From: Tubulanus polymorphus
Lineage: Eukaryota > Animalia > Nemertea
Length of the DNA: 64,000 nucleotides
Assembly (NCBI RefSeq): GCF_964204645.1
Contig: NC_134027.1
Location: 26,374,560-26,438,559, forward strand
Reading direction: 5' to 3'
The notes under the pieces are model-generated. The model made no database searches, was not told where the DNA came from, and saw only the letters and a program-made list of their open reading frames with translations. The position numbers were made by a program, and so were the translations under genes. This document shows, one piece after another, positions 41,112-55,611 of the stretch (positions within the stretch are counted from its first letter, which is position 1; every line of letters begins with the position of its first letter).

Positions 41112-41335
41112 ACAGTAGACTGCGGTTGCTGCGGTTCTCGCAGGACCAATGAATCATTTCCAAGCTGGTTCGCGAATTCCAGGACATTAATTTGGAGCAG
41201 GGATGGGTTGTTATCAAGATGAATTTGTAATATATATTATCAGCCGGAGCACAGGATAATCCCAGAAATGATTAGGTAATCAGAGTCCGGGACACGGGAT
41301 AATCCGAGACAATCGATTCTGTGGTAAACACAGTA
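41112..41335. mobile_element. Decayed Tc1/pogo-like MITE
   Basis: Starts ta|cagtagactgcgg; internal ggataatcc repeats. Confidence 0.35.
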
Positions 41336-42089
41336 CTATTGGTTTTTCTTGAAACCTTTTGTAGAAATGTGAACTGGAAATAAACATGTCTAGATCTTAC
41401 AACGATTTGAATACATCACGGCAACATATCAAATATCGAAACAATACTCTTTATGCTAGTTAAGTAAATTCTATCGGTCGATTTCATTGCAAGATTAATT
41501 TGTCGACGAAGGATCAAAGAAATTGGACGGAATTAATCCTAGTTCTGCATTCTTACGAGGATTTGATACATCTGAGAACCGTGTCAGACAATGTAATCGC
41601 CTTACGAAGATACAGCCACCTAAGAACTCTGCAGGACTCGACCGAAAGGTCAGCGAATAGTCCGAGAGAGAAAAAAGCCGTAATGACCATGAAGTCACCA
41701 GCAGCGCGTTGCGTATATACCAGTGAATATGAGCAAAGATTGAGGAAAACAACATCAATGAATACTGTGACCTTTGATGACGGTAATACCGTTGGTATGA
41801 TAAAATCCTCCTATCCTATGATTATATGTCTGTATTGATCATGCATTTTTCCCTCCGCCAAGCTTGTTAAGAAATACATCCCTTAAAAGCATTTTTGTCT
41901 CCGTTTTTTTTATCTTGTATTACTGACAACTGCTGTGCCCAGATATCTAATCGTAAGCCTACGCGAACGCGACGTTTTGATCATGAAAGATAAAGTATCT
42001 GACTTTATATTATTCGTATCCACTAAAGCGCTGATATCTCCATTTTACTTATAGTTTTACGAACAGAAAACTTTTTTATTGTTGTAAGA

Positions 42090-42480
42090 GTATCATGCAT
42101 ATTGTATATGCAATCAAACGGATTAAAAGTTCTGATGATCTGGTTGAGATCTGCTTTGTTTTAGATCAACTAAAGATGTCGAAACCTGCTGTGGGGATTA
42201 TATTTTCATCGTGGTATTAACGAAACTTTGATGAACTTGCTTCGCCGTCAAACTGCGCATCAAGTGCTCAAAAGTTTATCAAAAGATAAAAATATTCATG
42301 GATTGTATACTTCAATATTTTCAACTGCTTAGCCAATTTACTACTTGGACTTTCTTAGATAATTACTCCAAGAAGTGATTCACCGTGTATGTACACATAA
42401 ATGGTTTTCTGGTTTTTCTTAAGGCTCCTTATTCAATACGTTTAAGAGATGGTTATTCCTTCGGGAGTTTATCAAATGAA
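42090..42480 (-). pseudogene. Decayed L2/CR1-type LINE reverse-transcriptase fragment
   Basis: Minus-strand frames give NNHLLNV.NKE, LLGVII and SFVNTTMK..SP in the order expected for the RT C-terminal region, with stops and frameshifts. Confidence 0.45.
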
Positions 42481-44074
42481 ATAGACGCCTATGTCTCAGA
42501 AATGCTCAAAACCTCATGATAAATTTCACGCTTCCGCCACGATAAAAAAAGATGGATATCATCAATTAACCCTCACATTAAGCTAAACGACAGTAGGAGA
42601 TCTCGGTCTGTCGTCGCTGTATTAAATGAACACGTTTTACGACGGACAAGTTTGAGACATAAATCAGCTTACAATGACGTGTTTTATAACGATCAAACCG
42701 TCCTCAACGGCAATCTATTCCGCATAACACCGAGCCGAATTGAATTACGCAAGCACTTAAGATTCTCCGGTGAGTTAACTAGCAGTGATTTATTCAATGA
42801 GAACCACGCTAATCTATACGTCTCCCATCGAGGACGGCTCCGAGACAATCTATTAAGGCTATTGTTTTTAAGCCAGAATCTTCATCGCTCAATCGGAGGA
42901 GATATGTGAATTCCATCGATAGTTCACAGTTCAAACACCAGAGTGCAGCATCGTGTAGGGACTGGGACTCGTACGAGTTAGTTCTTACAGTGGTCTGTCC
43001 TTCGCGCACAAAAACCTAATCATTTTTCTAAAAAAAAATCGTCAATTCAAACGACATCATATAATGAGGACTGCAGTTGGAGTGATAAGACTAACGATAC
43101 GCGTGAAGCTCAGTGTTACACTAGTCGTTGATGCGACCTTCTAATGCCGTAATCCGCTCACAGAATCACACCTTAAACTTTATTCATGGAAATCTATTGT
43201 CAAAGTTAGGTTAGTGAACGAGCATGTAATCTTCTTAAAATACAAAACATTTTGAAAAAGAAAATCTAAACCCAAGGTCGGAGCATATACAATACGTTTG
43301 GTCGTTTCTATTTCTATATCAGTCTTCATCTCATATTTTATAAGGACTATTCTGATCAGTAATTGTTAAAAACCAGTACAACCACAGGACGCGAAGAGCG
43401 TACGAGAATGGCGCTGTTATTGGAAAAATTCTTGACGGAATCAAAGAATGGTCTCCGAAGAAATAACCGTCGATCGCGAGTGCCGATGTTTTGTCGATAA
43501 TAAAATGGACAACTTGTACATTCCTTGATGAAATTAGTTTATCGCTTATTGAAAGATAGTCTCGCGTTGTGTCAATCAAACGGGTTTCAATTATCAAAAT
43601 CAACATTGTAAAATTATGAAAAATACACATGATGACTCACTGTATGAGTTGTGTTGTTTGTACGAGAGTGAAACTCAGGATATTGGATTATCGTATTAAT
43701 CACGGATCTGCGGGGACCTTTTCCTGTCCGGGTCATTGCCCCAATCAATTAAACGCCTTACTGAAATATTGATGTTTAACATTTAAATTTCCGAACGCGA
43801 AAATGCACGAGCCGCGCGCCAGTACGCGTGCGTGAGTGTGAGTATTCCTCGCCGAAAACGATTATCTGGATCAGTCATCTCCCCAGAAAATGGCGCAAAG
43901 AGAATGGATCATTGGTTTTAGAAAATTGCGAAATCTGAAAACAAGTTCGATATGATACATTATTGGATATGCAAAGAGATGAAATGAAGTCTTTCGCTAG
44001 TCGCTGTCGCAAGCACGATATAAGTAAAACAGACAGTAATTCGTTTATACGGTTAAAAAAATCTCACAATATTC

Positions 44075-44160
44075 ATTAGAAAAATGAGTCTGAGATGTTT
44101 CCTTGAGAAAAAGTAGTTTATTCAACGTTTCAACTAGATCCTTAAAGTCATCTTCAGGAA
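44075..44160 (-). ncRNA. Hammerhead motif with canonical core plus 3' tail
   Basis: Minus strand ttc-CTGAAGA-tgact ttaaggatct agtt-GAAA-cg-tt-gaa taaactact...ctcaaggaaac. Confidence 0.7.
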
Positions 44161-44180
44161 AACGGATCAATGTAATCCTG

Positions 44181-44286
44181 GGGTCAGTTTTATAGACTGG
44201 TATCTTTAACCCGGGTGCTAACTGAATTCATTTTCAATTGAGTTAGCCCCCGGGTTAAAGATAATATCAGTCTGTAAAACCGGCTC
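44181..44286. mobile_element. Palindromic MITE inserted into the CTG of a plus-strand hammerhead copy
   Basis: Flanks aatc-ctg | MITE | cag-aagatgactat; homologous to 14724-14834. Confidence 0.75.
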
Positions 44287-45979
44287 CAGAAGATGACTAT
44301 GAGGGTATAGTAAAGAAAATACGTCAAATAAACTTCATATTCAGCTTACAACAGAGAATTTTGCGATTCTGCGATGAAATAAGACAAAGAAGATCGTTAC
44401 AGCCGAACTGCAGGGTGGTTATTGCTGAACACGTCCCAGCTGGAGGGACTTTATTGCCGACCACGTCCGAGCTGCAAGGTCGCCATCTTTAACTCGTGCG
44501 ACGCCGAGAACTGGACAAGGGTCAGCATGTAAATGAATCAATTTTCCGCGTTATGCTTCATCATTATCTCTCGTCATTACGTTCTGATTCATCAATCTAC
44601 GAAACTAATCAATTAAATCACTGATCTTCGTACGAGAGATCTTAAAGATGACGAGACAAATAATGAGACCGGGCTCTGATTTATCTACGTTACCGATGAT
44701 TCCCGGATTCTATTACTGATAATCATCGAAGTTATTACGTCGCCATTATAATAATGAGAAGCGATCATTACTGGTTCCCTCCGTAATAATCCAAACTGCA
44801 TCAAGAACTATAAATGTCGTTAATCTTATTATAAACGAGTTCTTCGGTAAAAATATTAATATCACATAAACTATAGCAATAAACTATATTGAATAGGGAA
44901 ACTCCGGCGGCTACTGTGGCAATCGAGAATTCCACTTATGGCAAGCGAGGATCCACCAGGTTCGCTATGTAGTTATTCGGTCTCACGCGTTTAGTTACTT
45001 CTACATTTGAAAAACGAATTGACTTTTCTATCAAATGAATGGAAACTATGCCAAACACTGAGTAAAGGATGGATTTGATAGACCTTTACATATTTCTGGT
45101 GGGGTTTATGATAATGCATGGATTCGGGAGCTTAATAAAATTTCAGTTCAAAATTGATCGATATTGAAGACTTATTTCGACAACGGTATGATATGAAGAG
45201 ATAAGATAATCTTATTACTCTCCTGCCTTTTCCAAGAGAAAAAATTAAGACCGATTGCTCATCACGCCATCTGGTGAGATAGTTGGTGTTACCGGTAGAC
45301 TGGTCGCCTGTCCAATTCTGCACCACCTGCATTCGCAGTCAGAATCTAACTGAAGGTAGAGACCGGCAACCAGTCTATGTTACCGGTAGCATCCCTTGAA
45401 TATTGAATTGAGCAAGCGCAGGCCTACCATGCATTTCAATATCGGTCTCTCTTGTTACAGGCAATATTCGGGGGACAGCGGCTCGAATTAGATTAACCTC
45501 GAATCGAAGAACAGAAAACTAGCGGAGTCCGATCAGTTTATTGGGAAAAGATTATTAATTTTATAGCGAATCCGCCTCGGGGTAACACAATATACTCATA
45601 GTCGAGTGCTACAATATATATTTCATCATTTCCCTCGTATGTGGCTGTGTACGTTTTCTTCCGCCAGATCCGGAAAATGGATTTTGTGACGTAGGCCTAA
45701 TAGACGTAGTTGTTGGAAAAATAGCAGGCGAAACAATTTGAAATCCCCTGTGGACTCGGTGAGTCGATGGAGGCCCGACGACTGTGTTTACCTAGATAGA
45801 AGACCCACAGAATGCTTCAACACTTCTTTACACAGAGGTTTATCATTATCAAATAGATCTCTGCAGATGGGTAGAAGCATTCTATCCGAAATATCGGTGC
45901 TACAGATTTTCGTGGTTAAATCTTCTGTGTGTCTTTCACTTCATTGACTGTAACTGAATTGATTTCCGCTGGGTTAGTT

Positions 45980-46700
45980 TTGATTTATTTTGCATAAATA
46001 ATTGGAATATAGATTTTAGATAACTGAACACGATAATTGTTACATATATAAGTCAGAGTCAGTGTAACAATAATCGATGCGAGGAATAAAGGAAAAGCCA
46101 AAATAGGTTTTTGAAGTAGTCCACAATATTCCTCTCGTTAAGCTCATGAAATTTTACATACTTCCAACTGTCTTTAACTGAAACACATTTGATTTCATAC
46201 TGCGGTATTTGAAACGATACATGTTTACGAATAATGCTCTAGAGTGGAAACGTTGTTGGTTCTGTTTCAAGGTGAAATCGAGGTAAAAGTAAATAGGTAA
46301 ATATCGGCAGTATGGTTGCAGGGTTTTGTACTACCACCTGTTTCAAACCTTACACAGACTCGGATACCAACAACTCTCAGGGGTAGCGATTATTTCACTT
46401 GTCAGACAGTTTATAACATCGGGTCAAATTCCGCAAATACTCTCTACGTTTTTCATATTTTGTTTCCATTCTTACTCAATATTCTACCTCCCAGAACTTT
46501 CAGCACAAAATCCAAACCAGCACGTGTTCATACAGTCCCAAGTGCATCACTTAGATTTATACGATGCAAACACAACTAATTTTCCTATGTCATTGATAAA
46601 ATCATGGATTCTAAAATGAATTCGTTTTGCTATGATGTTTCAAGCTTCCTCAATAGTTTCTCTATGATCAGCCGAAATGTATTTGCAACAAAAATATGGA
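45980..46700 (+). pseudogene. Decayed L2/CR1-type LINE ORF2 C-terminal region
   Basis: Successive remnants IGI.ILDN, KAKIGF, ETHLISYCGI, LFQTLHRL and RVHT...SLRFIRCK match the usual motif order; many stops. Confidence 0.5.
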
Positions 46701-48472
46701 GATTTTTATGTATATGTGTGTGGGGTGTGTGGGATGATAGTCAGACCAGCTGATCAGGTGCAACTCACTAGAAATGACAGCCTCCCCTCGAGGGGTAGCC
46801 TCCCCTAGAGGGTGTAGTAGAACCTGGTCAAAGTATATTTAAAAGTGAAAATGTAAGCACAGATCAAAGTAACATTCATAGATTATGATAGATCTCATGA
46901 AGTCATCATTTATTGGTATGCTCCGCTGAAATCTATGAAATGATGGTAAATCACAAATAGATGTCCACTCTACAGACCCCAGAATTCAGGCTTCAGAGGT
47001 CGCTAATCCAACCGATCAAAAGATCTTCGTTACCCAATACGGAAGTTGGGAGGTTGATCAACAATTTCACATCAAACACTGACGCTTAACGTATCGACTA
47101 GCAGTTTTAATAATTGAACAGAAAACCGCCGAGTGGAAAATGCACCGATGATGAAGAATTTGCTTCTGTTGTAAAACTATTATTACCAGAATCTGATTAA
47201 TGGAAATATGTCAGTCAGAGAAATACGTCATGATGTATGCGTAGGCTAATGCATTATTCGTAGACTATTTCACGATAATCGGTCTGAGCCGATTCAAAAC
47301 TATTTAAGACTAATTTTCCTTTCTCTTCATCGTGATATTATTGACACACCAGATGAGGAATTAACGATAAATAAATGTCTTTTGATGATGAATGTTTCTT
47401 ACTATCATTGTTTCATATTATCTGTTTATCCCACGATGAAAGCTTATTAAAGATCATCGTAATCGATGGACGAATGGACTACGAAATCAGCACGATTACT
47501 CCGCAAATATACGAGACTTGAACGAGCAATAGAACTGTTGTTAGGCTTAGGAAAATAGAATTACCCGAGCACTCGCAAGTCGTAGTACTCCATACACGCA
47601 TTGAGAAAATATGATTTACGTCGTATAAGCGAATATGTAACGATATATTGAGCAAAGCACCGCCGGTTTCCGATCTGATTTTCTATGACTTCGAGCTTCC
47701 GTTGAGTTCGGAGAATAATTAGCCATTAATTTAGGAAGGCGTTAACGTAGCGACCGGAAACAGGAAAGCTTGAGGCTGAGACGGCTGAGACGGCTGCAGC
47801 GGAGAAACCGGGAATCAAGAACAATGATACAGTTACTGACTTTTCTGTTACAATCGTCACCGAGACATATCGAAATACAATGAAATATATATCGTTTCAT
47901 TCTTGAGACATTTCAATTCATATTCAACATGAAATTGATTGTCAGGACCCGGTTCCACAGTTTTAAGTTAGCTCTAAGTTCAAATCAGTTCATTTTCAAT
48001 GAGTTGAATACTACTTCAGCACGGTCTGTGGAAGTGGATGCTGGTTAGTCCATCTCCAACCACGACCAGTAGCCGCGCAGTGAAAACGTAGCAAAACATT
48101 TGAAAGAATAAATTTAATCATAAATCTGAAGCCTGAAAAACCAACGCATTTTAAAACAAAATGAGAGTTAAATGTCTTTTCGTCAAACTTGACTCAGAAC
48201 TGTGGAACTATGGAAGTGTGGAACTGGATGCTGATTAGTCCATCTCTAACCAAGACCAGTTGCACAGTGAAATCAACTGGAACTAGATCCTGAAATTGTG
48301 TATAGAATTGGCAGAACAGTTTGACCGGGGGTTCATTAGACTCCATTGTTTAATGATCCTCTCAGCGATCTTGAGGCCTCAGAGAATATCGTAGACTAGA
48401 CGTCATCCGAATATACGTAAACGAGAAGACTCTTAGTACTTTGTAGGTTAACTGATTTTATCTGAAATCGTA

Positions 48473-48560
48473 AGCTTTCGCTACTAAAGTGCGTATTGTA
48501 GCTTCATCGGGTAGCTTCATTCACCTGATGAAGCTATAATGTACTAGTAGCGAAAGCTCA
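48473..48560. ncRNA. Head-to-head pair of a second hammerhead-like motif family
   Basis: + strand CTGATGA-a-gcta...tagc-GAAA-gc-tc (48525-48559); - strand copy ccgatga-a-gcta...tagc-gaaa-gc-tt. Confidence 0.5.
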
Positions 48561-51057
48561 TTTCTTACCAGTGAGTCGTCAAGTTTACTAATTCGACACC
48601 GACATTTATACCCAAATATACATCATATGTTACTGCTGTAATTAATTAAAGTAATTGAAATTGCTAAACTATATTTGATATTTAATCTCCTCGGTTTCCG
48701 CGGTCAGGAGGGTCGGTGGTGATGCTGTGATGTAAATCATCGAGGCCTATACGCAGATGAGTGAGTCGATACTATAACATTACTGGCGCTGGTGCTTGGG
48801 ATATCTGAAAACACAAGATAACACTAACTCACACATTACCTTAATTATCCGATCGTTAGTTTGAATGCCTTGTCGTCGAGCCGGGCTGTTTTCAGTAATC
48901 CTAGACACAAATATACCGTCATAGTTGTCAGCCTAAATACACAGAATACACAAACATGCATTAATTAGAAATCCTTTAATTCATATTATCACGAGAAATG
49001 GACCGAGAAGGACATCAGTAACTGAAACGACGTGTGTATCACTGACCGACATCAAATAACGATTGATAACGAATGCATTCGCATCAAAGACGTTGTCTGC
49101 AGCAAGACAATGACATATCACGAGAAAAGACCAAAGAAATATGGAACACATCACTAAATTATGAACTGTTGTTGAGTAATCGCAACAAAATTGCGTTTGA
49201 TAACGAGAAATTAGAACATTCTGCTATATCTTATTTCATCGAACTTCATCAGAAGATATCATCGAAAAATAGAATTGTATCAGATTTACAAAACGAAGCC
49301 GACAAAATGGGTAAAACACTTGCGACTAATGAATATTTGACGATATTTTTGTTGTAAAGCTTCTTTTAACAACGACACGTTGTAAGACTGGCTAGTGTCG
49401 GTGGGATGAGACGCGTCCCAGTGGGAAATCTGAAAAAACCTCGGGTATCCCGTTACCGTCAGCGATAACGAAGCCGAATGGATATCGAATAAAGTTGACC
49501 AGTTACGGCAGCGTGCAAAGAAAACATTCGTATTAATAACTGCGGATTTGCTGCGAGGAGAAATTGGAAATTTGAGCGAGGACGGTATTATGTAACAAAG
49601 GACGTGCCTATTTCCGCTTCCGCCGGGTAAATCTCCTAAAGACAAGCGTATATGTCTGTCGAACGTAAACCTTCTAAATTTTTAGCGAATGGAACCGAAT
49701 CAAAAGGACATTGAAAAGTGGCAGCAGATTTCTTGCGTTAAATGTTAATGAAGAAGCGAATCAAGTCGATCAGTCTTTGTCACTGGGTGCAGCCAGGAAG
49801 TGATGCATCAAAATAACGACTGACGACGAACGACGATTCGAATCTACGGTTTAAAAAAATATGAGAATCGACAATATTCTTCTCTCGTGTGGAGTTTCCG
49901 GTTTTTAAGTACACGGCATCTGTCAATATCTGTCTCTGTCTCTGTCTCTGTCTCTCTGTCTCTCTCTCTCCTTCTTTCTTTCTCCCTCGCAGTGGCGCTT
50001 TTAGATGAACCGTTATGATTTTTTTCAGTACCACAGAGTCATGTAAAGTGCCTTCCTTGGTATATTTCTTATCTTCCTTTTTTCGACTATAAAAGTTCTA
50101 AAGCTGATGACCGATTTTATGCTGGACTCATTCGGAGACTATCGAGTGTAGTTCTGGACCAGTTAAATGATTTAGTTTGACTTAAAGAATGAGTTCGTTT
50201 TCAAAGATTTAACCCTAAAAAAATTCAAAAAATATCAAACCACTGGAACTCGGTCCGGATATTGATACCCTGATGAGAGTCGATATGTGGCGAACTGTGG
50301 AAAGAATGCTTGATTGTAACATCAATCGCAGCCGTAAAGCTCAATCTGATGCAATCAGACTGAGACCTCATGACAAAGTAAAAAAAAAATAGTGCCTCAT
50401 GCTTTTACATTTGTTAAAAACTCATTCGTACAGCAGGAAACATTTTTAAAATCTATTTCGTTCAGTTTAATTGAGCGGTAGCTCCGGATTCTGGATGGGC
50501 TCGCAGACGTCATGTTGATGCTTTATTTAACAAGTCATCTTCAAAGAACGCGAAGCATCCTTTTGCCATTTAAATGTCAGAGACGTCAATCGCGATAAGT
50601 TCCTTTAACAGAGTTTCTCGAAGGTAATTTCAACTAGAACAATGACGGCGAACTAACTGCAAACAATATTCCAATTCAAACCGACTTCATTATTTGAATT
50701 ACGCAATCCAATAATTGACGACTTTAATGAAATCGCGCACTTCGATATTTTAATTTGGGGGTAAATTTTACCAAATTAACGCGGATTCTGAGCGAAATTG
50801 GTGGCGACAGTTCTGATTTGATATATTTCTATTAGTCATTTTAATTTGTGTGATGAAGATGTCACTGAATGCTCGTGCGCCGGGAACAATTACATCACAA
50901 ACGCTCTTTTAGACTGGAAAAGATTTAATTAATACAACTTATACGATGTAAGACATAAAGTAAAAGACATTCGACACTTCCCGCAATTCAACGCGCCTGA
51001 TGTGACGTCATGAGTGACTGGTCACGTAGCGCGGTTCTGTTCTGTGGCAAGTAAGCT

Positions 51058-51130
51058 GGGCGTTTGGTCGAGCGGTTCGGGTCTATGGTTTCTAACGTGA
51101 TGTCAGGTTATGATAGGTTTCGAATCCCGG
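51058..51130 (+). mobile_element. tRNA-derived SINE head / tRNA pseudogene
   Basis: tggtcgagcgg A box and gtttcgaatccc B box. Confidence 0.55.
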
Positions 51131-52925
51131 ATTTGGACACATTATATAGGCACGTACCCATACGACTACCATTCAACAAACCACATTTCTTATTTCTTTT
51201 TCTCGCCCCCCCCCCCCCCCCGTGAAGTTCATTGATACTCCTCTCTCCTACCGTGAACCAAGAAATGGCTCAAACTTGAGGATATTCTTTTTTTTAAAAT
51301 GCGCAAGATGAAGACGGAACTGACATGTTTCAGATGGCGAATTCAATGAAACGACTGATGATAGATCGAAAGAAGGACCGAGATCTTTCTTTCTCTCTTT
51401 CTCTCTCTCTCTCAGGAATCAGTCGTAATTTACATTTACTAACGAGGTATTTTAATTGCTAACGTAATGACTCACAAATGGCAACTCTATAATGAGGTAA
51501 GTCTGAACACTGTAACAGTTGGCATCTGACGGAGAATTCGAATCAGAAGATTCGAGTATATTCGAAATGTTTGATGAAACACGTTTTCGCGGTGTTTGGA
51601 ATGCACTTCTAGAATATGAATCACGGTTTGAGTGTAAAATGAAATATGTTCGAGTTCGAATTTGTTAGATTGATGGATTTGATGTATCTAATCTCCATAC
51701 AATTTGAATGATTCGTCATCGATGAAAGTTAAAGCCATATATTTTGAAACGTCGTATTTGAATGATCAGGTATTCGTACTGCTGGTCGACTGTAATACTG
51801 CTGTACTATGAGACTTCAGCAACATGTTACCCATAAACTCGTAAATCACTGGCTCTGATAAATCCGACGTTTAATTAACATATCTGAAATGTAACGTAAA
51901 ACGACTGGGAAAATGAGCTATGACATTGTCATCAGCTACAGACATATGAATTGTAGCTGTGATCATTTTACAAAGCGGCTATTAGCTCCTCCAGAATCCA
52001 GTTTCGTGTTCAATTCATGCTTCATGTTTTCAATGTTAACAATAATTCAAACTTAGCCGTTTAAGCTTTTGGTCAAACCCAGCGGCATTAAACTTCCAAT
52101 GAGTTCTCTTTTTATCTAAGGTTAACTTGACATAACGGTGACGTCAGACTTTGAAAAAAAAATCTACCATCTTTGGGGCCAGTTGGTTGCTCTAAAGTTG
52201 GTTAGAGTTTACCGTGGATATAGTTGACATTTTTCCTTTTTACCGTGATCTGCCGGTTTTCTTTAACTAACTTTTCAGCAACTGTGGACTCAGGGTTTTC
52301 CTCCCTTTACTTCCGAGCTTTTGTGGGGGGCTTAATCAAAGATTCATCGAGTTGCTCATCTAAAAAACGTCTCTTCGAGTGTCTCGTTGAAGGATAACAA
52401 GTACACTTAAGAATAAGTAGTTGAAAATCAAAAAGTTAAGTGGTTTAAACGCTGAAGCGCTTGAAACTGAAGCACATCTGTTTCCGGTTCAACGACAAAA
52501 AAACTACGTTTAACCTGCAGAGAAGGATTAACAGCGCGTGGACTAATCGAATATTCCTCCACGCACTCGACTCCAACCGGCTACACCTGGGGCGACCATT
52601 TTAAAAACCCCCGGGGACTAAGATTTACGTAGGTCACGTTATTAAAAACTGCCCCTGGGGCTACGGTGCCTTATGCTTATCGGCTCAGTCGATCTGAAAA
52701 TCGCTGAAATTTCAAGTATAAGTCTTATCTTGCTCAAGATTTACGGATAATGCCGAATGGATTTTATGTCAGATGCACAGTGGTTCAGGATGACGACGTC
52801 GACTAACAGACAGTTGTTATATTGAAATTCATTTTCATAAGATATCGCGAAATTCTATCAGTCTTTAGTCGCATGTGATTAATGTATCCCTGTAGGGCAG
52901 CCTTACGGCAGTGACGTCTTCATAG

Positions 52926-52980
52926 GCAGCAGCAGCAGCAGCAGTAGCAGCAGCGGCGGCAGCGGCGGCAGGCGGCGGGC
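52926..52980. repeat. (CAG)n/(CGG)n trinucleotide repeat
   Basis: Directly visible. Confidence 0.85.
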
Positions 52981-53103
52981 ACACGGTCGTCGAAAAATAG
53001 TCTTACGATGAACTGAACCCAGATTTACCGAAAAAAGCTAATGGGGATTAAGTTAAAACACGAATATATCAAAACTGCTTCACCTCATCGGTTTTGACAG
53101 ATA

Positions 53104-53308
53104 CAGGGGTGAATTTAGAGGCCAGGCCCCCCTATTCTGCCAAGATTACATTTTAAAATCTGGAAAAGTCATAAGAAATTGATGTTCTTAAAATGATCAA
53201 TTTTCAAAAATTTTCTTGCGGGGCCCGAAACCCCTTTACACATATACAGCTAGGACTGTAGCAAGTTTTCAGCCCACTCTAAATTCTAAATTCCCGGATC
53301 CACCAGCG
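53104..53308. mobile_element. hAT-like non-autonomous element
   Basis: caggggtgaattt ... ggatccacc ends. Confidence 0.5.
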
Positions 53309-53680
53309 AGAAATCTCCATTGACTGTGACGAATTCGACGCAGAAGACAAAAAGTCAAAGCTTTGCCGAAAGAAACAAGCTGATTAATAATTCAGAGTGG
53401 CGCGTATAGACGAAGTGATACTACCGGTAAAGAATCGGGTCCCATCGAGTAAATTGATGACCTGTCACCGAAACAAAACCCAGAATCGTTGTTTTAATTC
53501 AGATAATGGATAATTTGTCACGGTTTACGGAGCTCCGAAACACAGGCGCATATACACGACAGTGCAGCTGCTGCAGCTCTGAAATCACAAGTCAACGCTT
53601 TATGAGTTTGACGAGAGACAGAAATACGCTTAATCTTTAAGAGTCTAGAAGTCTCAATTCATACGTAAGCCAACAATATA

Positions 53681-53955
53681 AAATCCAACCATAACGAAAA
53701 GCAAAGTCCGAAAAGGTTTTCTGGAGCTAACCATCTTCAACTATTAGAATATAGTCGAAACCTCGAATGAACTACTGGCTCTAGGAAACCTTGTTGGACT
53801 TTGTCTTTCGTTAGTTTTGTGGGATTCTCTTTATGATATTATTATCGTCCCAACACGAACATAGTGTTTTATCGATGGTGATCCCACAATAACAATTTAA
53901 AAACAGTCCGAAATATTTTCACGAGCTGATGATTTATTCATGATTTCGACTAAGA
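53681..53955. repeat. Cluster of partial hammerhead-family repeats in alternating orientation
   Basis: Tail on (-), agtcgaaacctcgaatgaactactggct tail on (+), then a (-) copy at 53881-53955. Confidence 0.6.
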
Positions 53956-55611
53956 TGCTACTAAATACTAAAATTCAACGAAACGAGAAGAAGTTTATGG
54001 TTAACCTATTTATTATTAGAAGCACGAGCTTTGATATACTAAGATGAAATACTAAACTTCAGTTTTCCAGAAGATGACTATTTATCGCAAACGGTAATGA
54101 GGGTGCCGAACAAAACACGATATAACTAGCGGAATTTACTAGAAGATTTGCTTAATTTTACTTGAAGATTACTAGAAATTTTTAGGAATAGGATTTTCCG
54201 TTCGCTCATACAGTAGTTCTATGGTAAGAACCCTTACGACTGACCATCACGTGTACGTTGTGTGTCTATCATTGACTCTGTCTCTCTCAATGTTTTTGAT
54301 CCTCTGAAAAATGATGAAAGATGAAACGCCGCTGCTGCTGCTGCTAATTCTAACGATAAGATAAAGAGGAACCCTACGGCGATCATTGATTTCTGTCGAA
54401 AAAAGAAATTCGCTTAAAACATCATCAAGAGATTTTAGTTAATTGACTACAATAGCTGACGAATTCGAGCATGATTGTGAAAGTACGGCACATCAGTATG
54501 AAGCTATTGACCCGTACCTGCCTCGCTAGGGCTCTTCAATTTTCACGCTTTTTAACAATAGTTTTCATTAACATCTGGTCCGGACATAATTCGTCGTCGA
54601 TACACACGCGGTTCCTTCGAGGCTCAGACTTTTGAAAAAAAAATGCACTTCTTGAAAGTAAACTCGTTCATTCGCTTTAAAAGAGTAAATATCCGTGAAT
54701 TTAGGCTAAAAGTTGAGAGGTAGATGTTTCTACGTCCCGCTGTCTGAACCCTGCGGCGTTCAACCCGATTTAACAACCGTACACAATCGTATTTTATACG
54801 TCTATGACCAATATCAACCGTGCCGTCGGTCGGTGTCTTTTTATATCCGATTATCAGAGGCCGGTGCAAATGTTTAGCGAACCAATTTCGTTTCGTCGCC
54901 GAAGATGCAAAAAGAAATGAATTCACGATTACTTAGGTAAACTCACGCGCATCGATTGCCTTAAAAAGAGCTGCATAAAGACGCGGCATACAGCGGACAA
55001 AACCATGCGTAATAAACCGAACGATTCCAAATTACAAACCGGCGAACTTTAAGAGGCGGTGAATTCGGAGTTTCGAGGCGTTAGAGACCAATAGCGTCAA
55101 TAAACGTGAAGAAACCGTTAATGCATCAGAGGTGACGAAGCATTAAATATACGACTATTTCTATGAACGCATTTCACACCAAGAAGGTGCTCAACCGAAC
55201 TCGTCGTGAATTTTTAAACCGCCAACTCGAATTAGAAATAAAGACGTCCAAACAACTGAATCACTATCATTAACAAACCCGAGATAATGTGACCCGACCC
55301 CTTGAATTTACTTTAGGCGGAGGCTTCAGTTTAAATAGGTTTATCGAATTGAATATAATGAACCAGGCATCTGGCTTATTCGACGTTACAGTGAAAACAG
55401 GTCGACTAAAAAATATACCAGTGATGAGGAATCAGTGAAACTGCTCTGGTTGTACAGTAGTGACTTCATTAAATCCATAACATTGACTTGCCTTTTTAGT
55501 TATTAGATTGTCTATGGAACTGAAAGGGTTAAAACTTGTCTTAACTCTAAACCAATGTTTGTGTAATTACTGTTGATATAACATGCGTTTTGTGACGATA
55601 ATGTAAAGAGC

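Noticed and set aside
52907-52980. Poly-alanine reading ending at a gtaagg donor on the minus strand
   Set aside because: In-frame stop upstream, no ATG or acceptor; explained by the trinucleotide repeat
54238-54303. 66-nt minus-strand pseudo-exon with a good acceptor and gtaagg donor
   Set aside because: Stop codon in the phase-0 frame and no homology; cannot be supported
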